Under the pieces are notes generated by a model. It was not told the DNA's origin and did not search any database. It worked only from the letters and a program-made list of their open reading frames with translations. 64,000 nucleotides of DNA from a virus: IMG/VR virus record IMGVR_UViG_3300020190_000007, positions 1 to 64,000 of that record, one strand, 5' to 3'. Within the stretch, counting starts at the first letter, position 1. Every line of letters begins with the position of its first letter. Shown here piece after piece: positions 9,097-17,113 of this stretch. The translations under genes were made by a program, and so were the position numbers.

Positions 9097-9540
9097 GTTT
9101 TGCTCTAATAATTTATAAATTTCTGTGAGAATGTCTAACTCGGACCTTGATTTTTGATGTCTAAAGTCAAATAATTTATAAAAATATTCATATATTCTAT
9201 TTTCTTTTTCTTCTAACTTAACAAGATAATACGCTTCATAGAAAAGATTCCACATATACTCATAGTGAGTACCCTTTTCCTTAAAGAATATCTTTTCTTT
9301 ATCAAAATTTGTAATTATTTTATTCCAACACCAATTAAAGTGATTTTGTTGGTCTATTTCTTCATAAAGAACATCTGAACCTAAAAAGGTTTCATCCACT
9401 AAATCATGTAGAGAAGATAGGAAATCATAGAATAGTGTTATTTTATCACTATTTATGTTGTAGGTTCTGTACCAAATGTCTATTTGATGTTTGTATTTTT
9501 CAGAAATGTCTGACTCAATATATTCCTCTCTATTTTCCAT
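9085..9540 (-). CDS. Hypothetical protein
   Basis: 151-aa aromatic-rich ORF. Confidence 0.75.
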   Translation of the reverse strand: MENREEYIESDISEKYKHQIDIWYRTYNINSDKITLFYDFLSSLHDLVDETFLGSDVLYEEIDQQNHFNWCWNKIITNFDKEKIFFKEKGTHYEYMWNLFYEAYYLVKLEEKENRIYEYFYKLFDFRHQKSRSELDILTEIYKLLEQNLKK

Positions 9541-9590
9541 AATCCTTATCTCTTAAAATATAAGAATAAAAGAAAACAAAAAAAAGAAAA

Positions 9591-10853
9591 TTATTGAGTG
9601 CTTTCGTCGTATCCGATGATTTTCTTCATTCTTGAGATTTCCTCATTTAAAATTGAAGTCATTGTGTTTTGAGATTCATTCACACTTTTTACTTTTAAAG
9701 GTTGAACCCCTCTTGCCCCATAGAATGCCTCAGGTGTTTCTTTCTGTTTTTCTTTTTTTCTTGTAGCCGATTTACTTAATCCTTTTCCTGTTGTTGTTTT
9801 TATAACATTAGCAGCTTCTTGTGAGTTACCCATCGTAGGGTCTCCTTCTAACGCCATTTTTAATCTTTTTTTGAAAGATTCCGATGGTTCAAAGTCGTAA
9901 TCCAAATTTAATAAAGTACCACCTCTCATATTGTCATCGATATACTCTTCCTGTTTTTCAGTTGGGTTTACGGCCATTTTTTTACCTTTACCAACCTGTT
10001 TTGGGAACTCCGGATTATCATTACCACCAAATCTTGATGCTTTTTTTAGTTTTTCTTGTACATCTTTTATTGCTGCAATTCCGTCTTTCTTGGAGCCATT
10101 TCGAGCCTTTTCAGTTACCTCTAAACCAGGAATAGATTCACTTAAATTTTTTTTTGAGTTCACCACCATTTTTTTAATCAATGATACTAATTCATTTTCC
10201 TTAACTATGAGAATAGGTTTACGAGATTCGTAAACGACATTTACACCCTCTTTAGTTTCAATGTTTTTTTCTAAAGTTACAGGATGCATTTTGCCGCTAC
10301 CTTTGGGGAATTCAAATTGTTTTTTACCCGCATCTTTAGCGGCGTCTGCGGCTAAAATAAAGGCGTTTGATTCCTCCATATTTGTTTCTTCTTCCATGTA
10401 TCCTTGTCCACACTCATCACAAATACCTTCCCCTTCTTCAAGTTGTTTCCATGATTCTTCAACATTGTGTACTTTTCCGCTAATTTTAATTTCTTTTAGA
10501 CCCTTTTCTTTAGCGGATAAAATAGCTTCTCCCACGCTTGATACTTTGATTTTTTTCATTTTTTTGGTTTCTTTATTTTTCTCTAATTCTTCTCCCATCT
10601 GGTCTAATTTATCAATCATTTCAGTTGGTGAATTATATTTTACTTTTTCGATTATGAACTCCTTTTTAGGATGTTCCTTTCTATAAATATCCATATGTTT
10701 CATTGCAATTTCTTCGGATTGAAACGTTTCAAGTGGTTCTCCCTCGCAAGTAATTTGAAACATATCTTTAGATTTTTTATTTTCTTTTAATATGGTTTTT
10801 TTTACTTCGTCAAATAATGACTCCGAAATAATATTAGATATATTCTTTTTCAT
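9591..10853 (-). CDS. Probable head-internal/prohead-processed protein
   Basis: E/K-rich; many [ILV]-x-E sites (ISES, LKE, LSES, VNES, LNEE); TATTTAT motif upstream. Confidence 0.55.
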   Translation of the reverse strand: MKKNISNIISESLFDEVKKTILKENKKSKDMFQITCEGEPLETFQSEEIAMKHMDIYRKEHPKKEFIIEKVKYNSPTEMIDKLDQMGEELEKNKETKKMKKIKVSSVGEAILSAKEKGLKEIKISGKVHNVEESWKQLEEGEGICDECGQGYMEEETNMEESNAFILAADAAKDAGKKQFEFPKGSGKMHPVTLEKNIETKEGVNVVYESRKPILIVKENELVSLIKKMVVNSKKNLSESIPGLEVTEKARNGSKKDGIAAIKDVQEKLKKASRFGGNDNPEFPKQVGKGKKMAVNPTEKQEEYIDDNMRGGTLLNLDYDFEPSESFKKRLKMALEGDPTMGNSQEAANVIKTTTGKGLSKSATRKKEKQKETPEAFYGARGVQPLKVKSVNESQNTMTSILNEEISRMKKIIGYDESTQ

Positions 10854-11357
10854 TTACTTAATAAATATCTTATTTATTTCATTTATTACAATTTTCTCGA
10901 CCTCAGAATACGGTAATCCTAATTTTCTTGATACATTTTGAACTGATTCTTTTAGTTCTTTGTATTCAAAAAAGTCTAAACTTTTGATATCACCTTGATT
11001 ACAGTATGGAAATTTTTTACATCTCTCTTTTACTTTGACATAAACACCGCCGGGTCCCCCAAATTTTGGGAAATTTTTATCTGTAACCGCTCGACTGTTT
11101 ATGATACTATTAGGACCATTGATTTTTAAGGGGTTTGACCTACCAGCGCTAAAAGAAACGTCATATTGTCCTGAAGAAGATGAGTCCGTAACTTCACTTA
11201 ATTCCTCTTCAAAATTATGAATCTTATTTACTTTCCTTTTAACCAATGGACCGCTCAGTGCACCCTCAAATGAACCCGAAGAATCCGCGGAAGTTTCGTT
11301 GGTATCTTTTGGGGAAGATTTTTTCCCCCTCAATATTTTCTCAAAATTATATGACAT
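10854..11357 (-). CDS. Hypothetical protein (possible head-internal)
   Basis: 167 aa; LSE and LKE sites; CKKFPYC motif. Confidence 0.65.
   Translation of the reverse strand: MSYNFEKILRGKKSSPKDTNETSADSSGSFEGALSGPLVKRKVNKIHNFEEELSEVTDSSSSGQYDVSFSAGRSNPLKINGPNSIINSRAVTDKNFPKFGGPGGVYVKVKERCKKFPYCNQGDIKSLDFFEYKELKESVQNVSRKLGLPYSEVEKIVINEINKIFIK
10861..10867 (-). promoter_or_regulatory. TATTTAT putative late motif
   Basis: 7 nt upstream of ATG 10853. Confidence 0.5.
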
Positions 11358-11596
11358 TATCTAACACTTTTTAAAGGTTGTTCCCAAAAAGACTTACGTT
11401 GCCATAGTGTTTTGAAAAGTTCGACAACAACTTTAGATGACAGGTCAACGATTCTTTCATCAACTGACTTAGCACCTATCTCTTTTTGTATTATTTTCAT
11501 TACAATGTTATGCGCTTGTGTCGTCTCAAGAAAATCTTTCATTTCTTTTCTTGCAATCTTCTCAATTTCTTTAACATCTGTATTTGTTAGTGCCAT
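11357..11596 (-). CDS. Hypothetical protein
   Basis: 79 aa; TAATG-coupled. Confidence 0.7.
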   Translation of the reverse strand: MALTNTDVKEIEKIARKEMKDFLETTQAHNIVMKIIQKEIGAKSVDERIVDLSSKVVVELFKTLWQRKSFWEQPLKSVR

Positions 11597-12141
11597 TATA
11601 CGTTCATTCTATCTCTAATTAATGGTTCCATAGCCGATGTAAAAGTTGGTTCAAACTTTCTTAATTTTTCCAATATTTCCATTGTTTCGTCATCAAGAGG
11701 TAACATATCACAATTTATATACAACCCACTACCCTCACCAGCAATCATTACAAAATTTATTTCTAAGTCAGTGATTTCACCATCAAGTCTAATTTCGGTT
11801 TCAGTGACGGTAATTCCGGGTTCTAAGCTGGCAATTTGAGAAACTTGTTGTCTAAACGAATCAACTATTTGTGATATGGCTGTTTTTTCTTCAGGTTTAA
11901 GTTTTATATCCTGTTGGTCAGATGACAATAATTTTACATCCATATCATTAACAACTTCTAAGTTATCGTACCGCTTTTTATTTAAATCGTTATCGGTATT
12001 TTGTGTGTTAATATTAGGTTGTTGGATTTCATCCTCCTCTTTAATTAAATTCTTGTTGGTGTAGACGGTTTCGTTTAGAGACCTTAGTGTCTTTAACATA
12101 CCTTTAATCTCGTCGTACCCCGATGTTTTTTTATTGTTCAT
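11596..12141 (-). CDS. Hypothetical protein (possible head-internal)
   Basis: 181 aa; LNE and IKEE leader-like sites. Confidence 0.65.
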   Translation of the reverse strand: MNNKKTSGYDEIKGMLKTLRSLNETVYTNKNLIKEEDEIQQPNINTQNTDNDLNKKRYDNLEVVNDMDVKLLSSDQQDIKLKPEEKTAISQIVDSFRQQVSQIASLEPGITVTETEIRLDGEITDLEINFVMIAGEGSGLYINCDMLPLDDETMEILEKLRKFEPTFTSAMEPLIRDRMNV

Positions 12142-12736
12142 TATTAAAAATTAATCTAAAATTAAATGATGGGTTTATATCTGTATAAATATTTGAAAAA
12201 TTAGATTTACACACTATACCGTTAAATTTAATTGCGTTTTCAAAATATCCTTGAGATGGAACTATATTTTTTGATATGTGGTGAGTTTCACATATTTGCT
12301 CGCTTAATTTGGATATTGATAATATTTGTTCATCATTGTATCTATCCCAAAAATAATGATTTCTCCAATTTCTAACGAAAGGGGTACATCTATATGGGTC
12401 ACCAATCCAATTATGCATGAATCCCGTTACGGTGTTTTTACTCAACCAACCCAAATTTTCAATTGCAATTTTAATAAATTGCTTGTCTATATAAGGTTCA
12501 CCAAATGTGTTTGAATAATAATTGGTGTCAAAAAGTTGATAGATTATACCTAATTTAGTAACAATAAAGTGTGGCACCTCATTGTATTTACCACACTTTC
12601 TGTACTTTAATTTATTTATAAAATCATCTGCACGTCTATTAGTATCGTACAGTAATATTTGAGTCTTTTTCGTTCTACGGCGAACAACATTTAAGGTTTT
12701 ATTATCTAAACCTTCTACGTTGTGTATTTCCAACAT
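12131..12736 (-). CDS. N-acetylmuramoyl-L-alanine amidase (Amidase_2/AmpD fold), apparently degenerate active site
   Basis: PHFIVTKLGIIYQLFD, IAIENLG, TDINPSF; expected His ligand positions read ILLYDT and GIVCKSN. Confidence 0.7.
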   Translation of the reverse strand: MLEIHNVEGLDNKTLNVVRRRTKKTQILLYDTNRRADDFINKLKYRKCGKYNEVPHFIVTKLGIIYQLFDTNYYSNTFGEPYIDKQFIKIAIENLGWLSKNTVTGFMHNWIGDPYRCTPFVRNWRNHYFWDRYNDEQILSISKLSEQICETHHISKNIVPSQGYFENAIKFNGIVCKSNFSNIYTDINPSFNFRLIFNNEQ

Positions 12737-12854
12737 TTCTAGTTAACTTTTTACTGATAACAGAAGAAATGTCGATGTCTTCTGTGTTATTTATTTTCCC
12801 ATTGTCCAAACCAGAGTTTTCCAATAAGTCCTCCTGTTGTGGGAACTCTTCTAA
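12702..12854 (-). other. -1 frame 50-codon extension of the 386-aa ORF (candidate frameshift product)
   Basis: A10 run just before TAG; the -1 frame reads LEEFPQQEDLLENSG...RRRFR* across the intergenic gap. Confidence 0.5.
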
Positions 12855-14011
12855 TTTTTTTTTTCTTCCTCAATCGGAGGTTCTTCAATTTGTTCAATGA
12901 TGTCTTGTTGGAGTTCTTCTGTGACAACAGGCGGTTCGGGTTCGATTACCACGGGTTCTTCAACTATAACAGGTTCCTCGATTGTAACAACTTCGGGTTC
13001 GATTACCACGGGTTCTTCAACTATAACAGGTTCCTCGATTGTAACAACTTCGGGTTCGATTACCACGGGTTCTTCAACTATAGGTGGTTGTGCATCCAAA
13101 AATCCATCAGTACTAATAATCGGCTCTTCTATACGGATAGGTTGTTTTTGAACAACTACCACAGATTCTTCTTGAATAGGTGTTTCTTTAATAATTGGTT
13201 GTTCAATTATTTCTTGAATAGGTTCAACTATTACTGGAACTTCTGTGATTTGTGGTTCAGATACAATTGGTTCAGCAATTTCCTTACCAATAAGATGGTC
13301 CTCAATTAAGAAAACATCATCTTTTTTTTCTTTTGTTGATGTGTGAGATTCTTCTTCAAATGATTGGTGAGGTGTTTCGGTTTTTGGGGTTTTAGTTAAA
13401 AATTTTTCAAGTAAATTTAATTCTTCATCCGTAAATCTAACTTTAGAAACTTCACCAACAACATCTTTAGCATCTACCACTGGTATTTTTTCACCGTCGG
13501 GTTGGGGGGAAGGTTTTATCACCGATGTATCATCTACAACGTTTTTTTCATTTTGTGTAAACTTAACTAACATATGTAGAAAAGAAAGTGAGATGATTGG
13601 TAACATACCACCAGAAAAAAACGCTAAAAATCTTTTGTGACCAATCACATCTGTGGGGTCAACACCAATAAATTCTACAAGTGGTGAAACCAACTCAACC
13701 CAAGAGATAAAGGATTTACTTGTAATATCAATGTAAGCATAAGAGAAATAAATATTACCGATAAACTGAATAAGAGTTACAATACTAAATGGGAAATATA
13801 CCTTTCTTCCCATGTCAGCAGATATTGCGGCCAAAGCGGACAATGCCGCAATCTCAATACCTATTGATAAATAAATTGCCCAACTAATGGGATTTGAAAT
13901 TCCATACCATTTAGTTACGTGAGATATTGAGACTAACGCAACGGTAACGATTGGAATTAAAAATGCCGATATTATTAAATTTTTATAATTCTTACTAAAC
14001 CAATTTCTCAT
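12851..14011 (-). CDS. Multi-pass membrane protein with acidic E/P/V-rich tail (lysis-associated?)
   Basis: About 4 TM segments in the N-terminal 150 aa; repeat-rich C-terminus. Confidence 0.75.
   Translation of the reverse strand: MRNWFSKNYKNLIISAFLIPIVTVALVSISHVTKWYGISNPISWAIYLSIGIEIAALSALAAISADMGRKVYFPFSIVTLIQFIGNIYFSYAYIDITSKSFISWVELVSPLVEFIGVDPTDVIGHKRFLAFFSGGMLPIISLSFLHMLVKFTQNEKNVVDDTSVIKPSPQPDGEKIPVVDAKDVVGEVSKVRFTDEELNLLEKFLTKTPKTETPHQSFEEESHTSTKEKKDDVFLIEDHLIGKEIAEPIVSEPQITEVPVIVEPIQEIIEQPIIKETPIQEESVVVVQKQPIRIEEPIISTDGFLDAQPPIVEEPVVIEPEVVTIEEPVIVEEPVVIEPEVVTIEEPVIVEEPVVIEPEPPVVTEELQQDIIEQIEEPPIEEEKKN
12935..13082. repeat. 57-bp exact tandem repeat, ~2.6 copies (EEPVVIEPEVVTIEEPVIV)
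   Basis: Units begin at 12935, 12992 and 13049. Confidence 0.95.
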
Positions 14012-14295
14012 CTAATATTATTTTCTAACTCACTTATTTCATTATCAATTTCGGTTTGTCTATTTACATCTAAAATTTTTCTATCTGTGGCTTGAATCAT
14101 CCTTTTCTCTGATTTCAATCCTTCAATTCTTAATCTTACATCTAATTCTTGTTTAGTGTATGTAGAATCTTTTATTGATTGAACTTCCTTTCTCATTTTA
14201 GAAAGTTCTCTCCCATCGCCACAACTTTTGAAAAAACCTAAAAGCGTAACAATCAAAACAATTATTGTGAAATTTTTTTGAATAAAATTTTTCAT
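14008..14295 (-). CDS. Membrane-anchored coiled-coil protein, possible lipoprotein/spanin-like
   Basis: N-terminal TM followed by FFKSCG, then coiled coil. Confidence 0.5.
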   Translation of the reverse strand: MKNFIQKNFTIIVLIVTLLGFFKSCGDGRELSKMRKEVQSIKDSTYTKQELDVRLRIEGLKSEKRMIQATDRKILDVNRQTEIDNEISELENNIR

Positions 14296-14302
14296 ATTTT
14301 TT

Positions 14303-15115
14303 TTATAAATAGTTTAATAATCCATAACTGTCGTTACGGAGTTTCTTTAATGCTTTATCACGTAGTTGTCTAATACGTTCTTTGGTACACCCAAATTCAT
14401 CACCCAAATCTTCTAAATTCATTTCAATACCATTTAGTCCATAGGATTTTTCAATAATTATTTTTTCTCTATCATCTAAAATTGAAAGCATTTGTGAAAC
14501 TCTTTTTTTTATTTCTTCAGAAGTGTTTAAAATGTCCTCAGGATTATCGGCGTTTACATTAATTATGGTATCAATTAATTGGTCACCCTCTTCATTTATT
14601 TCGTCATTCAAATTTACGCAATGAGGGAGAATAATTTCAACCCCAATATCTTGATAATTTATGAAGAAGGGGTCATTCATATTTAATTGTTTATTCTTCT
14701 TCCTTTTTTGATTTTCCTGAATGATGTTTGATGGTAATCTTATCATTCTTGAATTTTCATTAAGGGATGCCATTATAGATTGTTTTACCCACCAAACAGC
14801 GTATGAAATAAATTTGTATCCACTATTTGGGTCAAATCTTTCGGCCGCCCGTATAAGACCAATGTTGCCTTCAGATATTAAGTCAATTAAATCCATCCCA
14901 TTGTTTTGGTATGATTTGGCGACGCTAATAACGAATCGTAGATTACCCAATACGAGTTCGTTTAACAAATCGACTCTTTCCTTTTTTGGAAGGTCTTGAT
15001 TTTTTAGGAGTTCAAAGATTATATTTTGTCTTTCATGGGTGATTACCTTGATTTTTCGGATGTCTTTGATGTAATTCTGAATTTCTTCAGTATTGATTAG
15101 TAATGATTTAGCCAT
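14303..15115 (-). CDS. RNA polymerase sigma70-family factor (Bacteroidota RpoD/SigA-like, no region 1.1)
   Basis: NLRFVISVAKSYQN, DLISEGNIGL, KFISYAVWWVKQSI, TKERIRQL HTH. Confidence 0.93.
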   Translation of the reverse strand: MAKSLLINTEEIQNYIKDIRKIKVITHERQNIIFELLKNQDLPKKERVDLLNELVLGNLRFVISVAKSYQNNGMDLIDLISEGNIGLIRAAERFDPNSGYKFISYAVWWVKQSIMASLNENSRMIRLPSNIIQENQKRKKNKQLNMNDPFFINYQDIGVEIILPHCVNLNDEINEEGDQLIDTIINVNADNPEDILNTSEEIKKRVSQMLSILDDREKIIIEKSYGLNGIEMNLEDLGDEFGCTKERIRQLRDKALKKLRNDSYGLLNYL

Positions 15116-15159
15116 TGGTGTTTGGTTTATGATTCATGGGTAAAAATATGATAAAAAAA

Positions 15160-15621
15160 TTAATTTTGGAAGTCGTCCAAAAATTTTTTTTCGTCAGGGG
15201 TCAAACTATCTAATCCCCTTTGTTCAATTTTTTCTAAAATATTATCTAGGTCCATGGACTCATTGGTTTCCCCACTTTTATCATTCTTATTATATTCTAA
15301 TCTAAGTGAATGATATTCTTCACTTGATTTAAACATAAAGTCTCTCATCTGAATCGGTAGGTTAGCACTATAGATACTGTCTCTTTCAAACAAAAAATAA
15401 AATTTCGCGTCCTCCATAGATATAATGTTGTGAAGTTCCTCTGAAAGTTCTTTTCTCGTCGCCTCGGATTCAAATATAATAATTATACTTTTAGATGTGT
15501 CTTCAATTATAAACCTAACCTTAGAAACTTTTTTACTAACCCCGAAAACCTCCAAACAAAAAAATTCAATGTCTTCTTGGTCTTCAAAATTGGCGAATAA
15601 AAATAAAAGATATGTTTTCAT
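15160..15621 (-). CDS. Hypothetical protein with C-terminal DUF6576-like helical domain
   Basis: LDNILEKIEQRGLDSLTPDEKKFL. Confidence 0.55.
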   Translation of the reverse strand: MKTYLLFLFANFEDQEDIEFFCLEVFGVSKKVSKVRFIIEDTSKSIIIIFESEATRKELSEELHNIISMEDAKFYFLFERDSIYSANLPIQMRDFMFKSSEEYHSLRLEYNKNDKSGETNESMDLDNILEKIEQRGLDSLTPDEKKFLDDFQN

Positions 15622-15630
15622 TGAAATAAA

Positions 15631-16059
15631 TTACTGCACGATTAAAAATACGGATAAAATTGCAATAATTCCACCTCCTACGATATTTTTAAACTTGTTT
15701 TTTACTTTTTCTTTTTTCAATAGTAATTCAACATTTTTGGTGTGATTTTCTAAAACCTGATACTTTTGGTCTTGTGATTTAATAATAGTTTCATAATTTT
15801 CTTCCTTTTTTTGCATGGTAACAATCACACTATCTTTTAATGAAACCTTTTCCTCTAATTTATTAATCTGCTCATTAGCCAATTTTAATTCGGCCTTAGC
15901 ATAATCGCCTTGTAATAAATCTTTCGCAATGGATTTAAATGTTGAAATCGGTAAACACTTTAATGGTTCGTTATTGCCATTTTTATTATTTGTATCTGTC
16001 TGAGAAAAAACTATCAAGTTCTGGCTCAGTAAAATTAGAAACACGATTAATTTTTTCAT
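15631..16059 (-). CDS. Signal peptide + coiled coil + C-terminal TM protein (spanin-like partner?)
   Basis: MKKLIVFLILL leader; hydrophobic C-terminus; overlaps upstream ORF by 74 nt. Confidence 0.55.
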   Translation of the reverse strand: MKKLIVFLILLSQNLIVFSQTDTNNKNGNNEPLKCLPISTFKSIAKDLLQGDYAKAELKLANEQINKLEEKVSLKDSVIVTMQKKEENYETIIKSQDQKYQVLENHTKNVELLLKKEKVKNKFKNIVGGGIIAILSVFLIVQ

Positions 16060-16378
16060 GATATACTTCTTTTACAATTGTTTTTTGATTTTTAATTTTA
16101 TTGATACTATAATCGACCTCTCCAATTTCCTTATTAATGTTGTCGATTTTATCGTCTAATATTTCTTGTTCTTTGTACATATTACTGATTATAATATTCA
16201 AAGAATCAATCTTCGATTTATCCTCAGGTGACATACCCATTCGAGGTGTTAAAATGAAAACCATCCAATACAAAATGAATGCTCCGAACAAAATCACTAA
16301 AACAACTTTGTAATTCTTAACAAGAAAACTTGCAATTTTATTTGTATTTTCTTTTGCGTTTAAAAGTTTTTTGTTCAT
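15986..16378 (-). CDS. TM-anchored coiled-coil protein (i-spanin-like?)
   Basis: Start moved to ATG 16378 behind a TATTTAT motif; one TM then heptads. Confidence 0.55.
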   Translation of the reverse strand: MNKKLLNAKENTNKIASFLVKNYKVVLVILFGAFILYWMVFILTPRMGMSPEDKSKIDSLNIIISNMYKEQEILDDKIDNINKEIGEVDYSINKIKNQKTIVKEVYHEKINRVSNFTEPELDSFFSDRYK

Positions 16379-16383
16379 ATGAT

Positions 16384-16390
16384 ATAAATA
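16384..16390 (-). promoter_or_regulatory. TATTTAT putative late motif
   Basis: 5 nt upstream of ATG 16378. Confidence 0.55.
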
Positions 16391-16400
16391 TTTAGAATAA

Positions 16401-17075
16401 TTATTTTTTCTTTCTAATAATCTCATCAATGATGCCATAATTTAAAGCATCTTCCGACGATAACCATAAATCCCTTGACGCGTCTTCCATTACAACTTCT
16501 GATGGTTTATTACAGTATTCACCTAATAAATCAAAAAGTATTTTATTCAATTTTTCCCACTCTTTCATGTTGATTTTAGCGTCTTGAATATTACCCTCAA
16601 ACCCCCCTGAAGATTGATGTAACATAGTTCTACTAAACCTTAAAGAACATCTTTTATTTTTTGTACCAGCACCTAACAAAACCGAACCCATAGACGCAGC
16701 TATTCCTGTGTTAATTGTACGAATATCTGAATTAATATAATCCATGACATCAACCATAGATAATCCACTTTTAACTGAGCCACCTGGACTATCAATATGC
16801 ATTGTTATGTCTGTATTGTCAAGACTATCTAAAAACATTAATTGAGCTTGGACAATGGTAGACATATTATCATTTACAACACCCGCGACCCATATAATTC
16901 TTTCCATCATTAATCGTGAGAAAACATCCATCACGGTAACGTTCATTTGTCTTTCCTCTAAAATGTAAGGGGTCAAACTGTCTTCGACCTGTTTGTTGTA
17001 ATTATGTAAATTTAAACCACTAATCCCTTTATCCTTAGCAAATAACCCAAAGTCTTTATATTGTTTACTGTTCAT
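16401..17075 (-). CDS. clpP: ATP-dependent Clp protease proteolytic subunit
   Basis: MDVFSRLMMERII, IDSPGGSV, AASMGS (Ser), MLHQ (His), SRD (Asp). Confidence 0.95.
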   Translation of the reverse strand: MNSKQYKDFGLFAKDKGISGLNLHNYNKQVEDSLTPYILEERQMNVTVMDVFSRLMMERIIWVAGVVNDNMSTIVQAQLMFLDSLDNTDITMHIDSPGGSVKSGLSMVDVMDYINSDIRTINTGIAASMGSVLLGAGTKNKRCSLRFSRTMLHQSSGGFEGNIQDAKINMKEWEKLNKILFDLLGEYCNKPSEVVMEDASRDLWLSSEDALNYGIIDEIIRKKK

Positions 17076-17113
17076 GTGAATTTTTTTTTAAAATGTAAGA
17101 AAAAAAAGTGAAA

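Noticed and set aside
12935-13082. Tandem repeats here and at 26582-26762 as a CRISPR array
   Set aside because: Contiguous in-frame coding repeats without unique spacers; no cas genes
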